The notes under the pieces: model-generated
Told to the model about the DNA's origin: nothing
Database searches by the model: none
What the model saw: only the letters and a program-made list of their open reading frames with translations
Translations under genes and position numbers: made by a program
Source: Nitrospirota bacterium
GTDB lineage: Bacteria > Nitrospirota > Nitrospiria > Nitrospirales > Nitrospiraceae
Reading direction: 5' to 3'
Length of the DNA: 64,000 nt
NCBI GenBank assembly: GCA_963703955.1
Contig: CAVPGK010000006.1
Location: forward strand, 96,001-160,000
Shown here: one piece after another, positions 10,315 through 21,271 of the stretch
Position numbering within the stretch: position 1 is the first letter of the stretch
Layout: the number at the start of each line of letters is the position of its first letter

Positions 10315-11175
10315 TTACGGGTGATGAGGATTCGAGCAATCGCCCTCAATCCATTCGATCAAGACAATCTCCGGAGGACAATTCAAACGGATGGGCAAAA
10401 GAGACCAACCAACTCCACGATTCACGTACATCCTGTGACCGTTCCGGATGTAGTGACCGTCTGACCGCCCCTTGCAGCCATACGGCAACCAGAACGGACG
10501 AATGAACGGAAATCGCCATTGGCCGCCATGACTATGGCCGCAGAGCACCAGGTCAACGGCGTGCTTCGAATCGAGAAGATCCAGCACATTGGGCGCATGG
10601 GCGAGTAATACCGTGAATCGTCCAGGCACCGTCCCAGGAATACAATGAAGATCAGCACGGTGCGTCGACGGGTCGTCGAGTCCGATAATGCCCAGTTCGC
10701 CGGACACCATAGGAACGAAGACGGCCTGATTGATCAGTAGGTGGAGTTTATGCCGATCGGCCAGGTCAATAAAGCGTCCCAGGGGGACACCGCTCGCATG
10801 ATCGTGGTTCCCGAGAGTGAGGTACACGGGGGCCAACGCCCGCAAGCCGGACAGGAACCGAAAGAGGTGAGGAAGCCCTCGAGGCACATTGAGCAGGTCA
10901 CCGGTGACGAAAATCCAGTCCGGTCGCAATTCTGCGATGGCGTGACGGATCGCGTCATGACGAGGCTTATGCTCGTCGAGGTGGAGATCGCTAATCTGCA
11001 CGGCGCGGCGGCCAGCCAATGGTGAATGGCAACACTCAATCCGTGTCACACTTGGGGAATCAAGACCCGACTCACAGAAAGAAAAACGATTGAAGAAATG
11101 AGAGGAAAGGTTTTCCAGCTGATAGGTAGTCTGTACGTAAACCCGCCTTCCCCAACGAAACATCTGTTTGGACAT
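10315..11175 (-). CDS. Calcineurin-like metallophosphoesterase (YkuE/YaeI-like)
   Basis: SDLH, TGDL, GNHD, LAH, GHSHGG motifs; start uncertain (11175-11211). Confidence 0.9.
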   Translation of the reverse strand: MSKQMFRWGRRVYVQTTYQLENLSSHFFNRFSFCESGLDSPSVTRIECCHSPLAGRRAVQISDLHLDEHKPRHDAIRHAIAELRPDWIFVTGDLLNVPRGLPHLFRFLSGLRALAPVYLTLGNHDHASGVPLGRFIDLADRHKLHLLINQAVFVPMVSGELGIIGLDDPSTHRADLHCIPGTVPGRFTVLLAHAPNVLDLLDSKHAVDLVLCGHSHGGQWRFPFIRPFWLPYGCKGRSDGHYIRNGHRMYVNRGVGWSLLPIRLNCPPEIVLIEWIEGDCSNPHHP

Positions 11176-11191
11176 AGCGATTGACTCTGCG

Positions 11192-11320
11192 CTAGCGCCT
11201 GTTTCTTTCACTCCACCGGACAGGGCTCATGAAAGAAGAGAGGCCCGCCGCCAAGCAGATGAACGCGAAGAGGGTCACGCACATGAGGAGAAAGAGCCAC
11301 CCCCGAATCTCCAGGTTCAT
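11192..11320 (-). CDS. Small 42-aa single-TM protein (below ORF-track cutoff)
   Basis: GAGGTGG RBS, ATG 11320 to TAG 11192: MNLEIRGWLFLLMCVTLFAFICLAAGLSSFMSPVRWSERNRR. Confidence 0.55.
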   Translation of the reverse strand: MNLEIRGWLFLLMCVTLFAFICLAAGLSSFMSPVRWSERNRR

Positions 11321-11481
11321 ACACCACCTCGGCCACAGAAGGGAACTGAAGAGGTCCTAGACTAGAGTCTGTCCAGAGAATATGCAATAGCCCGAAAGCA
11401 GGAGAAGGTTCTCAAAAGTCGAACCGTCTTTAAGTATAGCACCCATTGCGGAGCCCTCGTCTTTCAGGTAAAGATTCCGCC

Positions 11482-12750
11482 GTGCCGATTGGCAATAACT
11501 TCCAGCATGCCATCTATTCCCGCTCCGATCCAGGAAACCGGGTCGGATACCGGGAATACACCGTAGGCGCTCCTCCCGACTCGCCGGCCTGGCAGGACGC
11601 GATGGGAGCCTTTGGCACACAATTGGCTGGTGCCGGCGTTCGCGCTATCTTGTTCCTACACGGCACCTTATTCAGTACCGACCCATTTGGTGTCCAGCGC
11701 TTGGACGAGGCTGGCGGTCTCAAACGCGGTTATTCCCGGGGCATACCCGGCGTCGACGCCTTGCTCGCCCTCATGCGGGACGAAACGAACGGGTTGCCTC
11801 GACTACAAGGCGGGTTGACACCGCCCTTCCAAGATGATGATAAGGTTAAGCAATTGCTCGATGAGCAGGCCGGGGACGCCGCAAACTTCTCCTTGGCCTA
11901 TATCAACCTGTTCGGCAAAGCCATCAATCGACAAGTCGCGGCGCCGATCCCCTGCTCCCGACTCATCTGGTCTTGTGAACATCACCACCTCGGTCGCGCC
12001 CATGCGGCTGTCCGCCTGATTCACCGGCTGAAAACCTTCTGCGACGAACTCACACTCCGTGCCGGAGACCGCATCCTGATCCAGGCACATGGTCAGGCAG
12101 GATTGTTGCTGGCGCTGGTTTCCAACCTTTTGGTTTCGGGCGATTCATCGGACAAGGAACGATTCTTTCAAGCCCTGATATCCGGGGCAGCACCGGATGT
12201 GACGGAAAACATTCAGCGAATCGAAGGCTTGATCCGATCAGGCGATGCCTTGAACGGCGTATCGCTTGATGTCGTCACACTCGGCACACCCGTGCGCTAT
12301 GGCTGGGACCCGGCGGGGGTCGGCAAGCTGCTCCATATCGTCAATCACCGCCCGATGCGCGCTGATGGAAAACGATGGCTTGCCAAGATGGAGTTGCCGC
12401 AGATCACGATGGAGATGCCGATTGCCTGGGGCGGTGATTATGTCCAGCAGCTAGCCGTGGCGGGAACCGACGCGGTCCCGGCTTCCACAGAAGCCAAAGC
12501 CGCGAACAAAGCCTTCTGGGAACTCCTGGAACCATTCGATGGATTCGAGCGCTGGCTGGAATGCGCCCGTAAGAGCGTCCGCTGCCAGAACGATGGCTTA
12601 TGTCTCTTGGTGGACTACAAAGACGCGAGGTCTAACAATACCCGAGACCACATCTACGGCCACGCCGCCTACACCCGCATGAACGCGATGCTGTTCAACA
12701 CGACAGAGATCATAGGCGCTTTGTATCGTCCACCATTGGAAGTTAGTTAA
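11482..12750 (+). CDS. Conserved hypothetical protein, alpha/beta-hydrolase-like
   Basis: FLHGT, IQAHGQAG, VVTLGTP and a C-terminal GH motif; probable GTG start. Confidence 0.7.
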   Translation: MPIGNNFQHAIYSRSDPGNRVGYREYTVGAPPDSPAWQDAMGAFGTQLAGAGVRAILFLHGTLFSTDPFGVQRLDEAGGLKRGYSRGIPGVDALLALMRDETNGLPRLQGGLTPPFQDDDKVKQLLDEQAGDAANFSLAYINLFGKAINRQVAAPIPCSRLIWSCEHHHLGRAHAAVRLIHRLKTFCDELTLRAGDRILIQAHGQAGLLLALVSNLLVSGDSSDKERFFQALISGAAPDVTENIQRIEGLIRSGDALNGVSLDVVTLGTPVRYGWDPAGVGKLLHIVNHRPMRADGKRWLAKMELPQITMEMPIAWGGDYVQQLAVAGTDAVPASTEAKAANKAFWELLEPFDGFERWLECARKSVRCQNDGLCLLVDYKDARSNNTRDHIYGHAAYTRMNAMLFNTTEIIGALYRPPLEVS

Positions 12751-12871
12751 CGCCTTTTTGCATTCACTCAAGAAACTCCGCCGCGCTTTTCGAACCCGTT
12801 ACTTGGCTCTTTCGAAACCCTTGCGCCGCTCACCCTAACCGTCTCCCACCAGAAGCGACGAGCCTTTTCGC

Positions 12872-15554
12872 TTACGGATGCGCTTGACGCCAGTTGCAGC
12901 CCACGCCCAGATCCACTTTCAACGGCACGGTGAGGCCTAGTTGAACGCCGGTCTCTTCCATGATCGACCGGACCAGTTGCTTGGCCTGCTCCACATTTTT
13001 CTCCGGAGTCTCGAAGATCAGCTCGTCGTGGACCTGCAGGATCATCTTGGTCGGGCGCAGCTCGGCCTTCAAGCCGCCGGCTCACCCCAATCATCGCGAC
13101 CTTGATCAGGTCTGCAGCCGAGCCTTGGATGGGATTGTTGATGGCCATGCGCTCGCCGAAACTGCGTTGCATCGCGTCGGGACTGCTCAATTCGGGGATC
13201 GGCCGGCGACGACCGAGAATCGTTGTCACGTAGCCTTGGCGTTTCGCATCGGCAAGGGTCTTGTCCAGAAAAGCCTTCACGCCTGCGTAGCGGGCAAAAT
13301 ACGCCTCGATGTATTCGCGCGCTTTTTGTTGGGAGATACCGAGCGTCGAGGCCAGGCCGAACGGGCTGATTCCGTACAGAATGCCGAATACCACGGTCTT
13401 AGCCACACGGCGCATCTCTTTGGTAATCTGACCCGGCGCGAGATTGAAAATATCGACGGCTGTGGCCATGTGAATATCCTCTCCCAGCGCGAAGACCTGT
13501 ACCAACCGTTCGTCCTGCGAAAGATGCGCCAGGATGCGCGGTTCGACCTGACTATAGTCGGCTGAGATGAGTTGGTAGCCGGGAGCCGCCACGAACGCTT
13601 CACGAATCCGAAGTCCATATTCGCCCTTGACTGGAATATTCTGCAGGTTGGGGTCGGTTGAGGAGAGCCGACCAGTCGCGGCGACGGTCTGATTCAGTGA
13701 AGTGTGGACCCGCCCGGTTTCCGGATTCACGAGCGCCGGTAGCGCGTCCACATAGGTGGACTTGAGCTTGCTGAGGCTGCGGTAGGCCAAGATTTGCGCG
13801 GGCAATTCATGCTGCGTCGCCAATTGCGTGAGCGTCTCTTCATCCGTGGAGTAGCCGGTCTTGGTCTTTCGAAGCGGCTTGAGCCCGAGCTTGTCGAATA
13901 GCACCGTGGCGAGCTGCTTCGGCGAGTTGAAGTTAAATTCCTCTCCGGCCAGCCGCGTAATCGTGTCTGTCATGCGGTCCATCTCGCGCTCGAGTTCCTT
14001 CCCCAGCGCCTCAAGTGCATTCACATCCAGACGGAACCCATTCCGCTCGATGTCCGCCAGCACAGGCACGAGCGGCATTTCCACCTGTTCAAAGAGCTGT
14101 AAACTTCCTTGTTCCGCCAGACGACTCTTCAGGACCGGGACGAGGCGAGCGATGACCGCCGCCGCCTCAGCGGCTTTTCCAGCCGCTGATGTATCGGGTA
14201 CGTCGAACAGATCCTTCGGAGCTTCCTTTGTTTTCTCTGCCTTGCCTGCCCTCAGATGGTAACCCAGTACATCCAACGCCACGGACTCCAATGTGTGCGT
14301 GCGTCGATTCGGGTTAAGCAGGTAGGCCGCGATCATCGTGTCAAACCACGGTGGATCGAGCAGGAGACCTGCTCGGGTCAGAGCCAAGAGCGTTGGTTTC
14401 AAATCGTGAGCCGCTTTGATCCAGGTCGGACCTTTCAGAAGCTCGATGAACGGGGAAGGCAGTGACTGCACGCCTCGCACTGCTGCAAATGCCGACCGTC
14501 CATTGGAAACGCTCAGTGCCAGGCCATGCAGATCAGCCCTCACACCGGCAGGTCCTTTCAAGATGCAATAAACCGCCAGCTCATTCCGTTTTTCCGTCTC
14601 ATTCACCGCTTCCACGAACCGCCGCGCGCCCGCCTCATCATGAACGATCTCAGCATCAACGCCCAGCGCTTCTGATGACGACGCCGGCTGGATCATCTTG
14701 AGCAGGGTCGGAAACTCCAGCTCGCGAAGGAGCGCGATCAATGGCTCGGCAGGCGGTGGGGCCATCAGATAGGCGTCGCAATCGAATGCGACCGGGCAAT
14801 CGATCTGGATCGTCGCCAGACGCCGGCTGAGACGCGCGTTCTCGGCCTGCTCGATCAGCAAGGCTTTGGTCTTTTGAGGTGTCACTTCCTCGATTCTGCG
14901 CAGGAGTTCTTCGATCGTCCCAAACTCGGTGATGAGTTTGATGGCTGTCTTCTCCCCGATCCCCTTCACACCGGGAATGTTGTCGATCGCATCGCCCATA
15001 AGCCCCATGACTTCCACGACCCGCGCCGGCTCGACGCCAAAGCGCTCCCGGCATTCGGCCTCGCCGAACCACTTGTCCTTCACGGGATCGTAGATCCGCA
15101 CCGCCGGGGTCAGGAGCTGAAACATATCCTTGTCACTGGTGACGATGATCACATCAAGCCCTGCTGTTTCGGCCTTGCGGGCCAAGGTCCCGATCAGGTC
15201 GTCCGCTTCGTAGCCGGACTGCCGAACCACAGGCAGGGCCATCGCCTCCACCACACGATGAATCAACGGAATCTGCGTCTGCATGCCCTGCGGCATTTCC
15301 GGGCGCTGCGCCTTGTACTCCTTGTATTCGTCGTGCCGGAGCGTCGGACCCTTTTCATCGAAGACCACCGCCAGGCAGTCCGGCTTGTGCTCACGCAGGA
15401 TTTTCATCAGCATCGTCGTGAAGCCGTAGACGGCATTGGTCTGCACGCCCTTGGAGTTCGAAAGCGGAGGCAGGGCGAAGAAGGCGCGGTAGATGTACGC
15501 GCTTCCGTCAATCAGATACAGCGTCTTTCGCGCGATCGGCTCGGAATTCGCCAT
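12872..15554 (-). CDS. polA: DNA polymerase I (single-base frameshift near 13073)
   Basis: 5'-3' exonuclease LIDGS…; TGRLSS.DPNLQNIP; ADYSQVE; the C-terminal LQVHDEL lies in a second frame ending at 12872. Confidence 0.95.
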
Positions 15555-15574
15555 GGTCTGGGACTTCAAGGAGG

Positions 15575-15985
15575 TCAGTGACGGTCCGTCACGGTCAATG
15601 GCGGTTTGCCGAATTTCTCTCGAAGCTTGTTGATGGTTTTCAGCATGGTGGGCTGCCCGATCAGCTTCCGCTCAAGCGCGCGCTTCCCGGGAAAGTCCAA
15701 CATTGAGATCCCAATGAGCATCGTCAAAATCCCCTGCCCTGGCAGAAACAGCATGGCTACGCCGGCCAGAAAAAAAATGATGCCGACCGCGTTCTTGACG
15801 ACATGCCCGATCAGCCGGAGTACCGGATGGTGGTTCTCCATCCACCTTCTAGGATGGCGCTCGTCAAAGTAGTTGGCAGGGAGCCGGATGAGGATCCATG
15901 GAATGGCGATCAGGCTACCAAGAAATCCGACGACTGAGAGCACGAACAGCATTAGCAGAACATCTTTTGAGAACAGGGCCTCCAT
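15575..15985 (-). CDS. PGPGW-domain membrane protein
   Basis: MLFLPGQGILT motif, two to three TM segments. Confidence 0.8.
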   Translation of the reverse strand: MEALFSKDVLLMLFVLSVVGFLGSLIAIPWILIRLPANYFDERHPRRWMENHHPVLRLIGHVVKNAVGIIFFLAGVAMLFLPGQGILTMLIGISMLDFPGKRALERKLIGQPTMLKTINKLREKFGKPPLTVTDRH

Positions 15986-16072
15986 CAGCGGGCATCCTAG
16001 CATGGTCCGCGAGCAAAACGTAATAGGCATGGGGTGTCACGCGTCCGCCTGGCCTGTTTAAATTTTTTATTT

Positions 16073-16095
16073 TGCCCGAACGGGCAGGCTATAAT
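16073..16095 (+). promoter_or_regulatory. hutH promoter: palindrome plus -10 box
   Basis: TGCCCG-AA-CGGGCA palindrome followed by TATAAT 8 nt before the ATG. Confidence 0.45.
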
Positions 16096-16103
16096 CAGTC
16101 CCT

Positions 16104-17660
16104 ATGGCGACCGCCCATCGCACCGCCGTTTGGTTGACCGGGGAGGATTTAACGATTCCGCAATTTTACGCAGTGGCCCTTGAGGGACGGAAGGCCCGGC
16201 TGGCTTCGACAGCCAAGCGGCGGATGGCGACCGCGAACCGTGTGGTTCGCGACGTTGCGACCCGACCCGATCCGGTCTATGGCGTCACAACGGGATTCGG
16301 CAAATTGGCCGATCAGCGGATCTCGCGATCCGACATTGCTCAGCTTCAACTGAACCTGGTGCGCAGTCATGCGGCCGGCGTCGGTGACCCATTGACGCGA
16401 GAAGAAACGCGAGGGATCATGCTGTTGCGGGCCAATGTCCTGGCTCGTGGGCATAGTGGGGCTCGGCCGGTAGTGGTGGAACACCTCCTTACGTTGCTGA
16501 ACCGAGAGGTGTTACCGGTGATTCCCTGTCGGGGCTCAGTCGGAGCCAGTGGGGACCTCTCCCCACTCGCCCATTTGGCGCTTCCCCTCATCGGCGAAGG
16601 CGAAGCGTGGGTCGAGGGAAGGAGGCGATCGGGCCAGGCGGCGCTGGCACACGCAGGATTAAAGCCGCTTCGATTAGAGGCCAAAGAAGGCCTCTCGCTT
16701 GTGAACGGAACACAAGCCATGCTGGCCCTTGGCCTGCTCGCGCTGCGCCGGGCCGAGCGACTCGTGGATGCGGCCGACGTGGCCGGAGCCCTGACCGTGG
16801 AGGCGCTCAAAGGCACCCCCGTGGCCTTTGAACCCCGCATCCATAAGCTTAGGCCCTACCCGGGCCAGCAAACCGTGGCGGGCAATCTCTTGGCCATGAT
16901 GGCCGAGAGTGAAATTCGGGTGTCCCATCTGGCCTGTCCCCGCGTCCAGGACGCCTACAGCTTGCGATGCATGCCGCAAGTTCATGGAGCCGTTCGAGAC
17001 GCGCTCGATTACGTGCGCAAGACCCTGGGCATCGAGATCAACAGCGTCACCGATAACCCGATCGTATTTCCGGACGAGGGTGAGGTCGTGTCCGGCGGAA
17101 ACTTCCACGGCCAGCCGCTTGGTTTGGTCCTCGACCATCTGGCCATCGCCGTCACGGAGTTGGCCAGTATCTCCGAACGCCGGATTGAGCGGTTGATCAA
17201 TCCTGAGTACGGTGATCTGCCTCCGTTCTTGACCCCGGATCCCGGCCTCAATTCAGGCTTTATGCTGGCCCAGGTCACAGCGGCGGCGCTGGCGTCTGAA
17301 AACAAGGTCCTGTCCCACCCGGCTTCGGTCGATTCCATCCCTACCTCCGGCAATCAAGAAGACCACGTCAGCATGGGAATGGGATCGGCGCTGAAGCTCA
17401 AGCAGGTCCTTTCGAATACCGAACACATCCTTGGGGTTGAGCTTCTCTGCGCAGCCCAGGGTGTGGAATTTCATCATCCGTTGAAAGCAGGGGTGGGAAG
17501 TCGGCGAACGATGCGGGCGATTCGCCGGATAGTCCCTCGTCTGAGCCAGGATCGCGTGCTGGCGCCGGATATCGAAAAGATTCGTACCCTAGTCACGTGC
17601 GGCGAATTGAGCCGCATCCTGTCGACCGTGGCGACAGTGAACACCACTCGCGATCACTGA
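16104..17660 (+). CDS. hutH: Histidine ammonia-lyase
   Basis: YGVTTGFG, MIO-forming GASGDL, QDAYSLRC.PQVHG, SGGNFHG, NQEDHVSMG. Confidence 0.97.
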   Translation: MATAHRTAVWLTGEDLTIPQFYAVALEGRKARLASTAKRRMATANRVVRDVATRPDPVYGVTTGFGKLADQRISRSDIAQLQLNLVRSHAAGVGDPLTREETRGIMLLRANVLARGHSGARPVVVEHLLTLLNREVLPVIPCRGSVGASGDLSPLAHLALPLIGEGEAWVEGRRRSGQAALAHAGLKPLRLEAKEGLSLVNGTQAMLALGLLALRRAERLVDAADVAGALTVEALKGTPVAFEPRIHKLRPYPGQQTVAGNLLAMMAESEIRVSHLACPRVQDAYSLRCMPQVHGAVRDALDYVRKTLGIEINSVTDNPIVFPDEGEVVSGGNFHGQPLGLVLDHLAIAVTELASISERRIERLINPEYGDLPPFLTPDPGLNSGFMLAQVTAAALASENKVLSHPASVDSIPTSGNQEDHVSMGMGSALKLKQVLSNTEHILGVELLCAAQGVEFHHPLKAGVGSRRTMRAIRRIVPRLSQDRVLAPDIEKIRTLVTCGELSRILSTVATVNTTRDH

Positions 17661-17669
17661 AAGGGGCCG

Positions 17670-18044
17670 ATGATGAATGGTCTCACTGTGCATCCAGTCG
17701 TTCCGGCTCTCCTCGGTCTCATGCTCTTCAGTCATTCCTGGCTCGCCTCGGTCGGTGCCGCAGAGCCACCCTCTCTGTTGGTTGCCGCAGACGAAGACCT
17801 GCAGGTTGAGGTGATGAAGAAGGGGCTCGGGAAGGAGGTTTCGATCAAAAAGGGGACCAAAGAGTGGTTCATGCTCGTCGAGGTCACGCCGGAGAACACG
17901 GTCGTCATCCGCCAGGAGAAAGACAACGAGACCTATCTCGTCGATGAAAGCGAAACCCACGATCGCCCTCTAACCAGCGCTGAAGTCGATACGGTGATCG
18001 ACGACTTCATCAATAGCGTCAAGACCCAAGCGAAACGAAAATGA
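17670..18044 (+). CDS. Hypothetical exported protein
   Basis: Signal-peptide-like N-terminus; stop overlaps the hutU start (ATGA). Confidence 0.7.
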   Translation: MMNGLTVHPVVPALLGLMLFSHSWLASVGAAEPPSLLVAADEDLQVEVMKKGLGKEVSIKKGTKEWFMLVEVTPENTVVIRQEKDNETYLVDESETHDRPLTSAEVDTVIDDFINSVKTQAKRK

Positions 18045-19696
18045 CCGGTTCCATCAAAGCCACGCACGGCGTTGAGTTGACCTGCAAAGGATGGGCGCAG
18101 GAGGCGGCTCTCCGCATGCTGATGAACAATCTGGACGATGAGGTGGCGGAGAACCCACGTGACTTGATTGTGTACGGCGGCGCAGGGAAAGCCGCTCGAA
18201 ACTGGGACGCCTATGCGGCCATTGTCCGGGAGCTGACGGCGTTGGAGGGCGACCAGACGCTGCTCATTCAATCAGGCAAGCCGGTCGGTGTGCTCAGAAC
18301 CCACGAATTTGCCCCGCGTGTGCTGATCGCCAACTCCAACCTCGTGGGGCATTGGGCAACATGGGACGAATTTCGCCGCCTCGAGGCATTGGGCCTGATC
18401 ATGTATGGGCAGATGACCGCCGGGTCCTGGATGTACATCGGTACGCAGGGGATCGTACAAGGGACGTTCGAAACTTTCGCCGCTGCCGCTTCGCGGCATT
18501 TTGACGGAGACCTGTCAGGTCGGTTTGTCTTGACTGGCGGGATGGGCGGCATGGGTGGAGCCCAACCCTTGGCGGCAACGATGAACGGGGCTGCGATCCT
18601 CTGTGTCGAGGTGAACCCGACGAAGATTGAACGGCGGATCAAGACTCGCTATTGCGATCGGATGACCGGTTCATTGGAGGAAGGGTTGAAATGGGTTGTG
18701 GCAGCCAAGACTCGGCGCGAGCCATTGTCTGTCGGACTCATCGGGAATTGCGCCGAGGTGTACCCGGACCTCGTTCGACGAGGGGTCGTGCCCGATGTGG
18801 TGACGGATCAGACCTCCGCCCATGACCCGCTGAACGGCTACGTCCCTACCGGGCTTTCGCTGGAGGATGCCGCGAGACTTCGAACGAAGAGCCCGACTGA
18901 CTATACGGACCGTTCCATGGATTCCATGGCGCAGCATGTCCGAGCCATGCTGGCGTTTCAACGCGCCGGATCGGTCGTGTTCGACTACGGGAACAACATC
19001 CGGACGATGGCCTTTCAGCGTGGCGTGGCGGATGCGTACGCTATCCCGGGTTTTGTTCCCGCTTACATCCGGCCACTGTTCTGCGAGGGACGTGGGCCGT
19101 TTCGCTGGATTGCATTGTCCGGTGATCCGTCTGACATCGCCGAGACCGATCAGGCTGCGCTCGACCTATTTCCTCAGAATCATTCACTCGCCCGATGGCT
19201 CAGGCTCGCTCGCGAGCGCGTTCTCTTTCAGGGCTTACCGGCCCGCATCTGTTGGCTCGGGCAAGGTGAGCGGGCCGCCATGGGGCTGCGTATCAATGAG
19301 CTGGTGAGTCGTGGAATAGTGAAGGCTCCGGTGGTGATCGGCCGCGACCACCTGGATGGCGGGTCGGTTGCGTCTCCGTATCGCGAAACCGAAGCCATGC
19401 GAGACGGCAGCGATGCGATTGCGGATTGGCCCATTCTCAACGCTCTTCTGAACACGGCGTCCGGGGCAAGCTGGGTGTCGTTCCACCACGGGGGAGGGGT
19501 GGGCATCGGGTATTCCCTGCATGCGGGGCAGGCGACTGTTGTGGATGGAACAACAGAGTCCGCAAGGAAAATTGAGCGCGTGCTGACCAATGACCCGGCT
19601 CTCGCCATTCTGCGCCACGCCGACGCCGGCTACCCGGAAGCGGTTGAAGCGGCCAAACGGCACGGTCTGCGCGTGTCGCTTCGTCCTTCCTCCTAG
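18041..19696 (+). CDS. hutU: Urocanate hydratase
   Basis: [40 protein letters not shown]. Confidence 0.97.
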   Translation: MTGSIKATHGVELTCKGWAQEAALRMLMNNLDDEVAENPRDLIVYGGAGKAARNWDAYAAIVRELTALEGDQTLLIQSGKPVGVLRTHEFAPRVLIANSNLVGHWATWDEFRRLEALGLIMYGQMTAGSWMYIGTQGIVQGTFETFAAAASRHFDGDLSGRFVLTGGMGGMGGAQPLAATMNGAAILCVEVNPTKIERRIKTRYCDRMTGSLEEGLKWVVAAKTRREPLSVGLIGNCAEVYPDLVRRGVVPDVVTDQTSAHDPLNGYVPTGLSLEDAARLRTKSPTDYTDRSMDSMAQHVRAMLAFQRAGSVVFDYGNNIRTMAFQRGVADAYAIPGFVPAYIRPLFCEGRGPFRWIALSGDPSDIAETDQAALDLFPQNHSLARWLRLARERVLFQGLPARICWLGQGERAAMGLRINELVSRGIVKAPVVIGRDHLDGGSVASPYRETEAMRDGSDAIADWPILNALLNTASGASWVSFHHGGGVGIGYSLHAGQATVVDGTTESARKIERVLTNDPALAILRHADAGYPEAVEAAKRHGLRVSLRPSS

Positions 19697-19707
19697 ACTC
19701 TTCCGTC

Positions 19708-19737
19708 TTGTCACACTTCTGTTCGGAGCGCTATAAT
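19708..19737 (+). promoter_or_regulatory. Putative sigma70 promoter
   Basis: TTGTCA-18nt-TATAAT upstream of GAGGAG RBS. Confidence 0.55.
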
Positions 19738-19762
19738 CCGACCGCCACTCAGAGGAGCCGTT

Positions 19763-20182
19763 GTGAAACACAAACCTCGCTTCGTCATCTTCGCGCACAA
19801 CGCGACCTACGATAAATTGCACCAGGTCGCGACCATAGGGCTGACTGCATCCGCGATGGGCAAGGACGTGATCGTCGTCCTTCTCTTTTGGACGATCAAA
19901 AAGCTGGCCTCAGGGCAGATTGACGCGGTGGATTTTCCGCCTGAGTACAGCGGATCTGCCGACGAGGTCCGACGCTTGCTCAAAGAAAAGAAAGTGCCCA
20001 AAATTTCCGAGATGTTCGACGAAGCTCGGCAGGCTGGTCACTTTCGTCTCGTAGCCTGCAGCGCGGGGCTTGAGTACATGGGCGTAGATCCGGAGGCTGT
20101 GGCCAAGAACGTCGATGACGTGATGGGACTTCCGGCCATCCTGAATCTCACATCAGGCGCTGAAACGACCCTCTTTATTTAA
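19763..20182 (+). CDS. DsrE/DsrF-like family protein
   Basis: ASAMG…LFW, VACSAG Cys, C-terminal TLFI. Confidence 0.8.
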   Translation: MKHKPRFVIFAHNATYDKLHQVATIGLTASAMGKDVIVVLLFWTIKKLASGQIDAVDFPPEYSGSADEVRRLLKEKKVPKISEMFDEARQAGHFRLVACSAGLEYMGVDPEAVAKNVDDVMGLPAILNLTSGAETTLFI

Positions 20183-20186
20183 GTAG

Positions 20187-20272
20187 GATTTGCTGATTTG
20201 TTGATCTGGTGAGTGAATGATTTCTGAATTTGGGCAACATTGAAAATCAACAAATCATAAAATCACCAAATC
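20187..20272. repeat. 8-nt-period inverted repeat element (GATTTGNT)n…(AAATCANN)n
   Basis: Left arm gatttgct gatttgtt gatctggt; right arm aaatcaac aaatcata aaatcacc aaatc; lies between convergent genes. Confidence 0.75.
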
Positions 20273-20281
20273 GTGCTTTCT

Positions 20282-20939
20282 TCACCGCGACCTTACCACC
20301 CCGATCCGATCACAATACATGGTCAGCTTGCAGCGGCTGCAGTAGGGGGAAACCGGTTGGCACACGTTCTGTCCGAATGGCACGAGCAAGTCGTTGAACG
20401 TGATCCAATACTTCGCGGGCAATTTGCGAGAGAGCACCTGTTCGGTTTGCTCCGGGGTCTTCGTCTTCACATAGCCCCACCGATTGCTGATCCGGTGAAC
20501 GTGGACGTCGACGCAGATACCCGGCTTTCCATAGCCCACCGTCACGACGAGGTTAGCCGTCTTGCGTCCCACGCCCGGCAGGGTCAGCAGGTCGTCGATC
20601 GAATCCGGCACGCAACCGTCATAGGTTTCAAGAAGACGCCGGCAGATCTCCTGAATCTGTTTCGATTTGGTTCGATAAAATCCAACCGGATAGATGGCTT
20701 TCTGAATCTTGGGCAGGGGGAGTCGCACCATCGAAGCCGGATCGGACTGCCAAGGTAAAAAGTCTGTGGCTGGCCTCTGCAGTTGTCCGATCCTTCGTTC
20801 GCAGGCTGAGCACACAGGCGATTAGGATGCAAAACGGATCACGGGACTCCTTGGCGACCACTCCAACGACGGGTTCCTGCCACCGACGCACCGCTCGCCG
20901 GAGGATCCGAAGAGCGTCGTGAATCTCTTCCGGTCGCAT
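20282..20939 (-). CDS. nth: Endonuclease III (frameshift near 20746)
   Basis: DPFCILIACVLSLRTKD in one frame; HhH LPGVGRKTA, VDVHVHRI and Fe-S C-x6-C-xx-C-x5-C in another. Confidence 0.92.
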
Positions 20940-20995
20940 CGAGGATTCCGCTACCAGAGTGGAAAATCAGAAAACGGGGAAAGAAGCCGTGAGGA

Positions 20996-21190
20996 CTAAT
21001 CGGGGCGGCGTTTTGCAAGCCACTTTTGACGCCGCCGTTGCGCTTCGCGTTGCTTCGCCTTCTTGCGGACGCTGGGTTTTTCATAAAACCGGCGCCTCTT
21101 CAGTTCCCGGAACAAGCCCTCGCCCGCTAACTTTTTCTTTGCAACCTTCAACGCCTTTTCAACGTTGTTATTGAAGACCTTGATTTCCAT
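20996..21190 (-). CDS. rpsU: 30S ribosomal protein S21
   Basis: EKALK…ELKRRRFYEKPS. Confidence 0.95.
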   Translation of the reverse strand: MEIKVFNNNVEKALKVAKKKLAGEGLFRELKRRRFYEKPSVRKKAKQREAQRRRQKWLAKRRPD

Positions 21191-21271
21191 CGTCTCTGCT
21201 TTCGGTTATTGCGGAGCTTGCCGCTCAATTAGCTAATGAATTTCATACTTTGGGGGAGCGAGACGAGTCTA

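Noticed and set aside
12768..13073. Novel C-terminal extension of PolA (GRAAPDQDD…)
   Set aside because: Product of the frameshift; the real C-terminus is in the 12872-13072 frame.
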